From the NCBI GenBank assembly GCA_013265495.1, contig MU057801.1:1233879-1297878 (forward strand): DNA of 64,000 nt, written 5' to 3'. The position numbers and the translations under genes are program-made. The notes below the pieces were generated by a model. It saw nothing but the letters and a program-made list of their open reading frames with translations, made no database searches and was not told the DNA's origin. Below, piece after piece: positions 25,431 to 36,649 of this stretch. The stretch is from Vicugna vicugna (Eukaryota). How positions within the stretch are numbered: position 1 is the first letter of the stretch; every line of letters begins with the position of its first letter.

Positions 25431-28400
25431 TTGCTTGTTTCCTGATACTGCATCCATGGACTGAGGGCCAAAGAGGGAACATGCTTCAGTTTCTGGGTGT
25501 GAAATGGGGATACAGCCATTCACTGCTGCAAAATAGTCTGCTAGAAATGCCTAAACAATTACTGAAAAAGGAGGTTACGTGGAATTTAAAAAAACTGAAA
25601 GAAAAGGCATTTCATTCAATTGCAGATGAACATTCTAAAGCAAAAAATAAATGAAACCAAAAAACCTCTCTCAGAAGCTTCCTTTACCTCTGGACTTAAT
25701 AAAAGTGATCTTGAAATCAGAGTTATCTCAATACTTACTGGAGAGCGAATTCCCGACCAGACGGGCACGCATTTCCCAGCCTTCCAGTCTTCTTTGCCTC
25801 TTCTCCAGATGCTCACGAGTTCTCACTGGCAGTAAGAGTCTATTTATTTCTAATAAGATGTATCTCATTGGATTTGGGCATGGCAAGTAGCGGTATTTTT
25901 AAAAACTGGACTTAATTAACATACAGGGTTTTATCCACTCATGTTAGTGTTATGTTAAGCAGCTGGGCAGCATCATTCATGGTTTGAACTACATCTGAAA
26001 TTTATTTTGCTACCAAATAGTGCATTGCTTTATGCACAAATTCATAACTAAAAATGCAACCTGTGGGTCTTGGTCATTATGGTTCACAAATTTATTCTAG
26101 AAGTTTTTCTAAACCATCACTACTCAATGCAGCTAACAAAGCGAGTCTTCAGAAGGTGCTTGCATTTACCAAACAGGATTGTGTCTCTGATTTGCTTTAA
26201 ATTGAAAGTAAACAGTCAATAGCTGAATGGAGTTTGAACACAACATCTGTGTTGTTAAAAGTCTGATTGACTACTTGTTCTGAACATTAGGTTTGAGTTC
26301 TAAGCAAAGCCTTAAACAGAAGACAGCTGGGTTACACCCCCCTCCCATCCTTCCAGATACAAAGCACTCTTCCTGTGCCGTCAGCGTTGCGCGAACGCAC
26401 GCGCACACGCACGCACGCACGCACTTTATATCCCAACACAGATTTCAGAAAAGTACCTGCAGTCCCTGCTGTTCCTCTCTGCAACTTTGATCCTGGATTT
26501 TGGTTTCTGTGCTTCAATTGGTGAAGAACAAGTTAGATTGCCATAAACCCCCAAAACATTTAGGAAAGTCTCACATCTGCAGTTAGCATTTCTGAAACCT
26601 AGTTTTGCTGCAGCCTCTGCTAAACCATGGAGGGGCTTTGTTCCTCTCAGACCCTGCGCCAGCCCTCGCTCTTAGCTGTGAAGACACTTATCCTCCTCTT
26701 CAGTTAATGAGTTTCACCTAGTCTGGCCGCTTGTGTTTTTATAAAAGATCTGCAAAGCACTAATTGCTAAAGAAGAAAAAAGCTCTTGTTTTGCATTCAT
26801 CAGAATGTGGAATTCTATAGTGAAAACATTTCCTATTTCAATGTTTCAAAACTCAAATTTATCCTAATTTCAGGATGTGCACACGTACACTCAGCACGTT
26901 CCTGGGTGCAGAATGTTAAGCCCTCCAGCAGTTTCTTCTGGCTTGGGTCCTTTACTATTTAAAAGAATGCTGAAAGGAAAAAGTTGTGCCTACACCAAAT
27001 ACACGTCCAGAAAATATTGCATAAAGAAGGCTGTTTCTTTTTAATGATCTTTTTGATAGAGAGTTCACTTAGTCTCAGTGGTTTTTGTTCCAGAAATTAA
27101 TTATCAAGGAAAAAGCTGTCCGTGCAGACCTTTTTCTTCAAATATGTTACTTGGAGCCTCTAGTCCATAAGCCTTTTTTTTTTTTAAGTAGTGGGCTATA
27201 CAGAAAAAAATTACAAGCCATGTGAACTTCTGGAATACGTTTTCTCAAAGTAAAATTTCAGAATTCTGGTACCACTAGGAGGGAATCAAATCGATATAAA
27301 CAAGCATTTTGAAGTTTGGCACAGCAGTAATTGTCACGCTAGCTTGGTTAACATTTTGAAAGTCAATTCCATTAATATGCAAAAACCCAAGTTGGAGGAA
27401 TTTTCTGTGGGTGTATTGCATCATTTTCACATTACTGTTTCTGCAAGAATTATTTCTAAGATGTTTTAAAAGTCAGTTCTCATTTTATAAAACTGCATTC
27501 ACAGTCCCTTGATAAAGGCTTACCCCCTTGCCCTTGTGGTTTTTTTCCCTTCGTGAAAGGAACTGGACTTTATTGTTGTTATTTACTATACAACATGCAT
27601 TTTGAGAACGCGCAACTTCTAAAACACCTTCTTAAGAATGCACTTAAGAAAACACCCAAACAACAAAGTGAAATAAAATACTTCAAACTGTAATTCTAAA
27701 ACTTTGAACGTATAAGAAGTCTAGGGTCTCTGGTAACTCTTTGGACCATTTACGAATCACACTGTATCCACATCATGTCTTGACTTTTCATCCATTTCAC
27801 AAGCTCACGTTCTTCAGCTTTAATTTTTTAAACTGAGCTCTGTTGTCACTTCATGCCAAATAGTGTGAACCAAAACAAAGCTGTACAACTTAGTGAAAAA
27901 GAAATGACCACTTGACTTTTACCAAAAAAAAGCATTTAAGGTTCTTTTAAGTTATATTTAAATATCCTTTGAAACATAGGAAATATAAATTGGCATATTA
28001 AAGAGTAAATATATTATTTGTACAAGAAAACAACAAAATCGGTGTGCAACCCCTTTTAAGTTCTAAATATGAGGAAATTATAAATACTTATTCTTTACAT
28101 ACTGATTACAATTCAGTAACACCTTATTCTCTTCCTTCTTTAGGTATGCTTTGAAATGTAGATTAATTGATGTCTATTTTAGCAACTTTGCGTACCGGTC
28201 CTAGTGTTTTACCAAGGTGTTCACATTCAGACAAGCAAACGCTTTAGAAAGAGCACATAACATGCCTGCAGAAGGCAAGGGCGTACTTATTTCGTCCGTT
28301 GATTCTGGGAGGCCAGTTTCCGTACAAAAAGTAGTTTACAACCTTTCCTTCTTTTGATGAGCTGCGTCCTGGGGGAGGGAAATCCTCTTTTAGGGTAATA

Positions 28401-28498
28401 TACAAACACTCATTTGCCAGATAATGATCAAAACATTGAAAAATCAGCATTAAATTAAAAAAGCTGTACCGATCTGTATAAGCAGTGTTCTGATTATG

Positions 28499-28504
28499 TT
28501 TATT
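28499..28504 (-). terminator. NKX2-4: NKX2-4 polyadenylation signal AATAAA
   Basis: tttatt on the + strand about 510 nt past the stop, with a T-rich downstream element on the minus strand. Confidence 0.7.
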
Positions 28505-29014
28505 CCATTTCTCTAAGTGGCAGTAATTCCTCGGCAATAATGTTGCTGTGTGCGTGATCCACCTTGAGCTACAGTTCAATTTACTTTCCAAACATTAGTG
28601 AAATTGCACTTAAAGGGGGAGGGGCTTCGAAAATTAATCTCCCAAGATAAGTTCCACTTCAAGAAGAATTAAATCGTTAAAGCTGGGTTGATTTTTAGAG
28701 CTACAAACACCAAGTTTCCAACGCTTAAAGCTCTGAGAGCTCTGGCTAGGAACGCGGTGGATGTGGACTCAGCCGGCTTTTCACGTAACTTAGGAACCTC
28801 AGGGCCTCCCGGCGAGATTTTCATCCTTCAGCCCTGGGGCTGTCGCTGTCCCCACCCCCAGCCCGGAGGCTCCGAGCCTGCCCGTCCCCGGGACGCGTTC
28901 GTTCTCTTCCGATCGCCGCGTGCACAGTCCGCTCGGGCGCGTCTCCCGTCGGCCCGCGCCGTGGCTCGCAGGCCCTCCGGGCCGCAGGCCGGACCCCGCC
29001 GGGCGCCCGCGCGG

Positions 29015-29619
29015 TCACCACGTCCTGCCGTAGAGCAGGTTGGCGCCCAGCACGCCGCCGCCGTAGTCCCCGGCCGCCGCGGGGTCCAGGGCCGCCAGGC
29101 CGCCCCCCGGGCCGTGCAGCGCGGGCGGGCTGGGCGACAGCTCCTCCAGCTCGGGCGTCGGCGCGGGCGGCTGCGGGCCGGCCTGGCCGGGCGTCGGCGG
29201 GCCCGCGCCGTTCGGGCAGGGCTTGCCGTCCTTGACCAGCACGGGCACGGCCACGCGGCGCGGGGACGGCGGCGGCGCGCCCAGGCCGGCCTCCTGCTGC
29301 AGCTGCTGCGCCGCCTTGTCCTTGGCCTGCCGCTTCATCTTGTAGCGGTGGTTCTGAAACCAGATCTTCACCTGCGTCGGCGTCAGGTGGATCATGCTGG
29401 CCAGGTGCTCGCGCTCGGGGGCCGACAGGTACTTCTGCTGCTTGAAGCGCCGCTCCAGCTCGTAGACCTGCGCCTGCGAGAAGAGCACCCGCCGCTTCCT
29501 CCTGGGCGCCGCCGCCGCCGCGTGCAGGGGCGCCAGCGACTTGGCGGCGTCCGCGATGCCCGTCAGCGACCCCATGCCGGCCACGTTCACGCCCGCCGAC
29601 GGCCCCATGAACCTGGAGA
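29015..29619 (-). CDS. NKX2-4: NKX2-4 exon 2: homeodomain ([59 protein letters not shown]), NK2-specific domain ([17 protein letters not shown]), C-terminal LLYGRTW*
   Basis: Minus-strand acceptor ccccag|TC TCC AGG TTC ATG; NK2 homeodomain with Tyr54 (HRYK); LASMIHL typical of NKX2-1/2-4; adjacency to XRN2 points to NKX2-4; TGA at 29017-29015. Confidence 0.97.
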
Positions 29620-29773
29620 CTGGGGAGGGGCCCGAGGGGAAGGCCGGTCAGCCAGCGGGGCTCTGGCCGGGCCCCTGCGCCCCCCGCGCGCCCCCGGCCG
29701 GGCCCCTGCGCCCCCACCCCGGGCGCCCCGGGACCCGGGACCCCCCGCGCGTCCCCGGCCGGGTCCCTGCGCC

Positions 29774-29997
29774 NNNNNNNNNNNNNNNNNNNNNNNNNNN
29801 NNNNNNNNNNNNNNNNNNNNNNNNNNNNNNNNNNNNNNNNNNNNNNNNNNNNNNNNNNNNNNNNNNNNNNNNNNNNNNNNNNNNNNNNNNNNNNNNNNNN
29901 NNNNNNNNNNNNNNNNNNNNNNNNNNNNNNNNNNNNNNNNNNNNNNNNNNNNNNNNNNNNNNNNNNNNNNNNNNNNNNNNNNNNNNNNNNNNNNNNN
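29774..29997. other. Assembly gap (224 N) inside NKX2-4
   Basis: Run of n characters in extremely GC-rich sequence. Confidence 1.
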
Positions 29998-30192
29998 GGG
30001 CTGCATGCCCGCCGCCTGCGAGGAGGGCCCGGGCGGCGGCGCGTCGTAGGCGGCGGCCGCGGCCCCCAGGGGCGCCCCCAGGCCGGGCGGCGCGCCGTCC
30101 ATGGCGCCGCCGAACTTCTTGTAGGTCTCCTCGATGGGGCTCAGGATGTCGGACACGGAGAAGGGCGTCGTGTGCTTGGGGCTCAACGACAT
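29998..30192 (-). CDS. NKX2-4: NKX2-4 exon 1, 5' part ([27 protein letters not shown]...AAGMQP); 3' end and donor site fall in the assembly gap
   Basis: ATG in good Kozak context (gccATG); TN/eh1 motif TPFSVSDIL; runs into Ns at 29997. Confidence 0.95.
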
Positions 30193-31613
30193 GGCTCGGC
30201 GGACGGCCAGGTAGGGGGGCCCCGGGCGCGCGCGGGCGGGACGCGGCGGCCGCTGGTGGCCGCCACCTCGGCCGCGGCGGCAGCGCCTGGGACCAGGAGT
30301 CGGCGGCGCGGCGACCCCCCGAGCTGCGGGATCTGGGGTTTATTTTAGTCCGGCGCCAGGTTTACGACAGACTCGGGGGCGGAGCAACATCCCAAACGAG
30401 CAAACAATGGTCATTGACATCTTTTTCTCTCTCACCCCCACCTCCCCACAGTGCAGGCAAAAAAGGTAAAGGGGGCAGTTGGCTGTTCCTTGCGAAGATC
30501 ACCCCCCTTTGCTTTCTCCATCTTTCCCTCCCCTATCCCGGTGGTCACCCCCGCCCTCGAGCCCCAGAATCAGAAACTCCGAGGCGAGGCCGGCGTCGAG
30601 GCTTGGTGTGAAACGCTCCGCGCTTCTGCGCATCTAGACCCCAGTTTTCCTGAAGTGACTACCTAGCAAAGTCCAGTATAACTGGGGCGGGGGGGCGGGT
30701 GTGCTGCTAAGTTGTTGGGGGGCGTGTGCAGGGCTCGCCTGGTCTTCTTCCGCTACCAGTCTCTCATTCGCTCCGTCATCTAAAGTGTTTAAAGAAAAAA
30801 AAAAGAAGAAAGAAAAAGAAAATAAGGCTCTTGGTTCCCACCATAAGAGCACATAAAGAGACGAGGTACAATGAGCGTCCTCTGCCGCTACAGGGCTTCT
30901 AATTTATGCATCTCTAGACTCTTAAGCATCATTTTCTGAGCAACCAAACGGGCATTTCCAAATTAGCTCAAAGTTTCCAAATCCAAAGGAGAGAGAAAAC
31001 ACACAGAGTCAAACGCAGAAGTGCTAACTTGTAAGTACGCTGTTTCTACTCTCTGGGGATGGAGGTTGGATAAGGGAAAGAGGGTCCATTTTCGTCTGTT
31101 TCAATGTTCCTGTTGGCAGTTTGCACCTGTAAACTTCTTTACAGGCTTCTTTCCCTTTGTTTTTTTCTGTGCCCCTCCACCCCCCCCCCCAAAGTAAAAA
31201 TATCCAGCTTAGGGTTTATTGGCCTATCCCTACAACGATCAAAAAGAAGAGAAAGAAAACAGCCCCCAAATCCAGATATTTCTAGCCACCCGAAATGGGT
31301 CTTTTTGTTGTTGTTTGAAAAATATAACCTGCTCAAGGAATATGAAATAGAAGCAGAGATCAGGTGAAAATGGTAGTTTCTCTTGAAAAAGACAAAACCG
31401 TAGGTAAGCTGATTTAAAAAAAAACAGAACTTTGCTATCCTTTGGTTTGCAAATTTACCTGCATAGTGAAGAATTTCGACATTGTGAACTTTCCACTGAA
31501 TGCTGAACACGACAAAGAATAAGACAAAAGAAGCGTGCAAAAGCATATCGACTAAATTTTGGGAAAAGCCCTGAAGTTAAAAAAAAAAAAAAAGCAACAA
31601 CAGGGAAAGGAAG

Positions 31614-31746
31614 ATGCAGTTTTCAAGTTTGACCAGGGCAGAAGAAAACAAGGAGAGAACTTTCTTAAGCAAGATTTTATTGTTTACAAAAGAAGAACAG
31701 AATTGTGAGAACAATTCCAGTTTAACCCAAGAGCCCATAAGACCTA
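31614..31746 (+). pseudogene. Pseudogene exon, 5' segment (MQFSSLTRAEENKERTFLSKILLFTKEEQNCENNSSLTQEPIRP); the true exon may start at acceptor 31467
   Basis: aagATG, stop-free, phase-1 donor A|gtaaat compatible with the next exon; ancestral frame ambiguous. Confidence 0.4.
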
Positions 31747-32851
31747 GTAAATAGCACATATCTCGAAGGGAAGGACATTTAGCCATTTCTTTTCTTGTTT
31801 GGCTTCAGCCCTTTGGTTGGAGTGTCTTGTGTGGTTTTGCTCTTATTGTTTTATTCGCTGTTTTGTTCATTTCAGTGAGTTTTCAAAGGGTGGGGGGAAC
31901 GGGGCGAGGAAGAGACCAAAATGGTCACCTATGGGAAGAACGTGTCAACCAGGCAAGTGTGTAGAATACTAGTGAATTTTAATTCCCTAAAGAAAAAAAG
32001 AAAAGTTACCATGATTGTTCACAGATGTTAGTTTGGCTTAGCAAGATTAAATTGCTACAGTTTTTAACACGATGATACCTTTCCAGGTCTTTCCGGAGCT
32101 TGAGACAGTCAGGCTAGGTCTTCATCTCACCGGTGCTGCAGTTGCCTACCTAATTTTTTTTTTTTAATTGGCGAGACACAAAAAGCATTTATGTATGTAT
32201 TTAAGTGATTGCTGGAATCTTGAGAGCTGCAGTTTGGCTTTTAAGTTTTGGTTTAATTCAAATTGTATTGTTTACTTGATCCGCTTAAAAACAGTAGGAA
32301 GTCTTCCATGTCAAACTTTCCTCAGAGACAACAGGGTAAGTAAAAATAGTTGTTATAACACATCTTTGGGTATAAACGTCATTTATGATCCACAGTATTT
32401 TATTTTTCAAGTTCAAACATGTTTCAGAAATGAGACCTATTATCACAATCTTCATGGAGATTAGTTATCCAAATTGCAGAAGTGTTCGCAATGACAGGTT
32501 TTCCCCAGGCAGCCGTTGTCATTTACTCTGCTTTCAGGCTGTACATGTTATCTCATGTAATACGTTTATAGAACTTCAGGGTAGCAGTTCACATCGAGTG
32601 GTTTAGCTACGAGTTGTTGCTTTTGTTTTTCAGCTGCAGCGGGCCCTGCTGCAGCCCATTTCCATCTGGAAAGCCCCCACCTTTAAATAGAAAAGCCTTT
32701 TATCGTATCCGGAGGCTTCCTGCAGTCGCCTTCTGGCCGCTTGGGAACTTGACACCCTAAATCACACTCCTTTCCTGGAGGTGGTCAGTTTGGGGCAAAA
32801 CCCCACAAGCTTCAGCATCTCTCCCTGTCACTTGTCTGCGTCCCGTTCCAG

Positions 32852-33031
32852 AAATTATGTGTCTTCATGCTGGAAACACTGCTTGGATGTGTGCAGATGA
32901 TTCCGAAAATAGACGTCACCTAGAAGAGGTGTATGAACATCTATATACAGACAGAAATGAGAACCAGCCAGTTGATGTTCCATTAAAACTTGTTATCAAA
33001 TTCATTTCACATTATTGTCTGCCTGAATTTT
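32852..33031 (+). pseudogene. Pseudogene exon ((K)IMCLHAGNTAWMCADDSENRRHLEEVYEHLYTDRNENQPVDVPLKLVIKFISHYCLPEF)
   Basis: Pyrimidine tract with ttccag|, donor T|gtaaga; 180 nt, phase 1-1, stop-free. Confidence 0.65.
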
Positions 33032-33437
33032 GTAAGAAAATATATACTGAGCAGGTTCTTGAATACTGTTGGCTACATTGGATTTCACAGGAAACATATT
33101 TCTGAGGAATGTTTTCTTGTTGGGTTTTTTCTTTCCTTAAAAACAATGCTGGCACTCAGCAAAAAAATACAAACGCTCAAAGAGAAGACAGTGAGCTGTC
33201 CCTCCCCTTCCCGCCCTCTGGCCTCCCAGCTGCCCTCCTCAGAGGCACTGGTTTCTTCTGGCGTGTCTGTACGTCTGGAAGCGTGCTGCCATTTACACGA
33301 AGGGTGGCAGGCTCCATATGGTTTGATACCTTGCTTTTTCCATAGTTTAGGTTTTTGTAATTTTATGTATCACACTTACCACTGAAAACTTAATAAATGG
33401 GCTGAGACAGATAGAGAAACATTTCCTAAACATTCAG

Positions 33438-33522
33438 TAGACTCTCTTGGCTTTCTGACAAAAATGTGGTATTTACTGAAAATTTCTGGTGTGTTAATTA
33501 ACCTTAGGGCCAAAAATATTTG
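33438..33522 (+). pseudogene. Pseudogene exon ((L)DSLGFLTKMWYLLKISGVLINLRAKNI(W))
   Basis: cag|tag tandem acceptor, TG|gtaaaa donor; 85 nt, phase 1-2, stop-free. Confidence 0.6.
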
Positions 33523-33655
33523 GTAAAAACAATTGTGAAGTAGAAGCTTTCCCCAGACATAGGATTTGCTATTGTCAGACAGAAGCTCAGAGAAAGGGGC
33601 GTGAGAGATGTTGAGAAACCAGCCAGTTGCTGAAAGGGGAATGTTATTTTTCTAG

Positions 33656-33775
33656 GGTAGCAAACAGATTTCTAACGTCTTAAGACAAACAGTATTTGAA
33701 AATAGAACTTTCTGCTTGACACTCAAAAAGACAGATGCCTTTCAGAAACAAGACACTTAATTATACTTGTGATTA
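33656..33775 (+). pseudogene. Pseudogene exon (VANRFLTS*DKQYLKIELSA*HSKRQMPFRNKTLNYTCD)
   Basis: tttttctag| acceptor; 120 nt, phase 2-2; stops at 33681 and 33717; weak donor gtttaa. Confidence 0.55.
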
Positions 33776-33853
33776 GTTTAAAATAGTTGTGAAATAATTT
33801 GATTAATAAAATTCTCACTTTGAAGAAGTAGCTTTAAAATATTGGCATTACAG

Positions 33854-33952
33854 TGGGGAAGGAATAAAAGGAAACATGTCAGGATACCAGTATCTTGTAG
33901 CAACATTTGAGAATATAAAGAGGAAGCAAAACTGCTATAGAGATGAAACAAG
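33854..33952 (+). pseudogene. Pseudogene exon (GEGIKGNMSGYQYLVATFENIKRKQNCYRDET)
   Basis: ttacag| and AG|gtttta; 99 nt, phase 2-2, stop-free. Confidence 0.55.
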
Positions 33953-34985
33953 GTTTTAAAAAGTCATTTTTTAAATGTTTGCCGATTTCACCAGTTTCTA
34001 AAATTTGGTTCTCATTTCGTTGTCGTCCTCCTGTGGCATCTTGGTTTTAAATGTTCACCTCAGGTATTTGAGTCTCTTGGGATAACTTTACACCTTGTGC
34101 GTATGACGTCCGTCCTTCTTCCCCCTCCCCTGGGAGCAGATTTTCACAGACCCAGAGTGTCCCGCCAGGCTTCGCTCTCAGCCCTCCGGTCGCTGCTCCC
34201 TTTGCACTGAATCGTGGCCGGGCCGGGAGGACAGGAGAAGGAGGCTGGAGAACTTGGTGCCCCCACCTCTTCCTTTCGTAATTTTTCACAAAATGCAAAC
34301 TCCTTCCATTTTAACTCTTACTTTAAAAATGATAATCTGATAATCAGATTTTTAGAGTGAAGATAGTTTCCTGACCAGTGGATGTATTTTAAATTAACAT
34401 GATTATTAGCACAACGTGAGAGTAAATGGTAGGCGTTAAAGACATGATTTTTGTTGGAATCATAATAATAGCGAGGTCCAATTAAGTGATGCCTAAAAAC
34501 AAGGACAAAAACTAGAAGCCCCCCCTTCTAGGGCCGCTGGCACCACTGGTTTTTCAGTCTCAGTAGGAGACAGCATTCAGCTGCACCGGGGCGGGCGGGG
34601 GCGGGGGGGTGAAATTTCAAAAACCGGCCAGTGTGGCATGGCGTTCTCAGCCAAGGATGATGGGCTGGGGCTGGAAACTCAAGTCTTCCTGTCTTTTAAA
34701 AATGACTTTCAGAGCGAGCATTGAAACGCATGACGTGGGAAGCGAGGGCTGTGCTGAGGTCTGCTTCTTACTGTGAATAACAAGTTTACTTGTGTGTCTT
34801 GCTTCTGTAGACGTTTAAACTTTTTGGAATATAATAGCATTTCCCCTGAACAACACCTGATGTTTTTTACACATCTTCGCATGTCATTAAATGTCTCTTT
34901 TCTAGGAAAAAAGAATCCTTTGAATTTTAAGCAAAATCGTATTTCTGTTTATTGGTTTGTGTGAGGAGAGTTAGTCATTCTAAAG

Positions 34986-35225
34986 GTTGTACCGGAGCTC
35001 TGCACACACCTGACTGCAGTGAATACATAGAGCTTTAAAAAATATATACTTTTGTAACTTTCTTCTCACATGCACTCAACTTATCCGAATCTAAGAGGCT
35101 CATTGAATTTAATGCAAAGTCTCTTTTTCTCCAAGTCCCATTAAACACGTATCACCTGACGCTTACAGGTGACTTTGTCGTTATCAAGGGAGCGATCCGT
35201 TCTGACACCTGAGTCTGGTTATCGG
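34986..35225 (+). pseudogene. Pseudogene exon (...KIYTFVTFFSHALNLSESKRLIEFNAKSLFLQVPLNTYHLTLTGDFVVIKGAIRSDT*VWLS)
   Basis: ctaaag| and G|gttatt; 57 stop-free codons between 35039 and 35209; probable frameshift near the A-run at 35037-35042. Confidence 0.55.
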
Positions 35226-35532
35226 GTTATTTGTTGCTAGCGCTTACTTTGAAGGAGAAACTTCAATTTTAGGCATTTTGATAGAGTATTTTTGCATTTA
35301 TTAATAAAGTTTTACTATATGCACTTTATAAGAACTACGGCGGTGCTTACAGCTGGCGCGTGTTGCGCAGCCGCGTGCTGCAGGGCTGGGGCCGTGCTTG
35401 AAGCAACAGGCTAGTGTTCACTTTGTGAGGCAGCATCAGTTCTGGTAGATTTTAAACAGTTTTAATTGTTGATTCAATAATTTGCACTACAAAGCTTGAT
35501 ATGAAATGATTTCGTTAATCTACTTTATACAG

Positions 35533-35691
35533 AGATTGAGTGCCCTGAGAGAGAAAACCTACCTCATAGGGTTTCCTTTAAAAAAATAAATAAATACCTA
35601 GGAAAATGGTCTTAAATCACAACACACCTGTCAGACGGGCTTGACAATTACTAATTATTGCTTCAAAATACTCAGCTTGTAAAGGAAACTA
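35533..35691 (+). pseudogene. Pseudogene exon ((E)IECPERENLPHRVSFKKINKYLGKWS*ITTHLSDGLDNY*LLLQNTQLVKET)
   Basis: tttatacag| and A|gtaatg; 159 nt, phase 1-1, two stops. Confidence 0.55.
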
Positions 35692-35776
35692 GTAATGAGA
35701 TCTGACTCTTCAGTAAACCCAGTGCTTACTACATTTTTAAAAATTAGGTACTAAATTTGATCTTCTAACTGTGTAG

Positions 35777-35965
35777 GGAATCCCACAGGGGCGGTACTGA
35801 AAAGGTGATTCCGACAAGGTGTTTGCTTTTAGAAGCCGTGGAAGTTTCACTTTGTGGAAAGGGCCACAAGCCACAAGCTATTGGAATTTGGCCAAAAACA
35901 CCAAATAATAATTTCCTGAGAAATCAGCACTGGCTTGAATGAAAGCAGCTTCTCACTGGCATACA
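35777..35965 (+). pseudogene. Pseudogene exon (NPTGAVLKR*FRQGVCF*KPWKFHFVERATSHKLLEFGQKHQIIIS*EISTGLNESSFSLAY)
   Basis: ctaac plus gtgtag| acceptor, A|gtatgt donor; 189 nt, phase 1-1, three stops. Confidence 0.6.
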
Positions 35966-36395
35966 GTATGTCCCTAACATCAATAATTATCTAATGGAAG
36001 AAACATGAAACATTCGGAGTAGACCATCTCTTCCAAAATAAAAAGCATGTATGAATATGCAGAATCAGCTTGGAAAAAACGAACACAACTAACTTACCTG
36101 TAGGAATAAACGAAGCCTTTCAGAGGCTGAAAGATTTTTCACAATTACACGATGAGAACATTTCAATCAAATTTGTAATTGTTTGAAGCCCACTTTTTGG
36201 CAGGATAAATGAGCCTTGAGCCGTGGCGGGCGCGTGGCGTGGATGCTGCGCACAGGTTGTCCCAGGCATCAGTGAGGGAGGGCGCTACAGGGCAATGGCT
36301 TCCACTTGGGTTTCTCATGCTCGCTGTTACCAAGCCGCCTGGAAGGTCTGAACGAATACCGCTTCACATGCGAAGCTTTACTTTTCCATAAATAG

Positions 36396-36649
36396 TCTGC
36401 TGTGTGTGATGGTTTCTTCTAGAAAGCAGTCTTTCTCTAGAACAATCAGTGGTAGTGCCCATGTGGTTGCGCTGCCGTCGGGGACGTAACTGACGGCAGA
36501 CGCCTTGACGCAGCTCTTAGGGCCGATTCGCAGAGACTGAAGGGGCGATGGGAACGGCGGTTTAGGAACTGTTTTCCAGAGACACCAGAGGATCGAAAAG
36601 AAACATGAGGCTCCAGTGGCCTCTGAAATCACTTTCACACAAAGGCCGG
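36396..36649 (+). pseudogene. Pseudogene exon (ICCV*WFLLESSLS/RTISGSAHVVALPSGT*LTADALTQLLGPIRRD*RGDGNGGLGTVFQRHQRIEKKHEAPVASEITFTQRP)
   Basis: ttttccataaatag| acceptor; one frameshift at the ctct near 36436-36438; weak G|gtttag donor. Confidence 0.55.

Larger units (their letters stand above)
28830..30390. promoter_or_regulatory. CpG island over NKX2-4 and its promoter
   Basis: Very high GC and CpG density; GC box gggggcggag at 30375-30384. Confidence 0.9.

Noticed and set aside
24932..25654. 240-aa ORF and overlapping ORFs
   Set aside because: Stop-poor CpG island, non-ATG start, Arg/Pro/Ala low complexity, no splice or domain support.
28688..30049. 453-aa + strand ORF and the other long ORFs overlapping NKX2-4
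   Set aside because: Antisense or alternate-frame shadows of very GC-rich coding sequence, some running through the N gap.
29015..30192. Assignment of the homeobox gene as NKX2-1 or NKX2-2
   Set aside because: The MSLSPKH start, the [11 protein letters not shown] exon-2 start and adjacency to XRN2 indicate NKX2-4.
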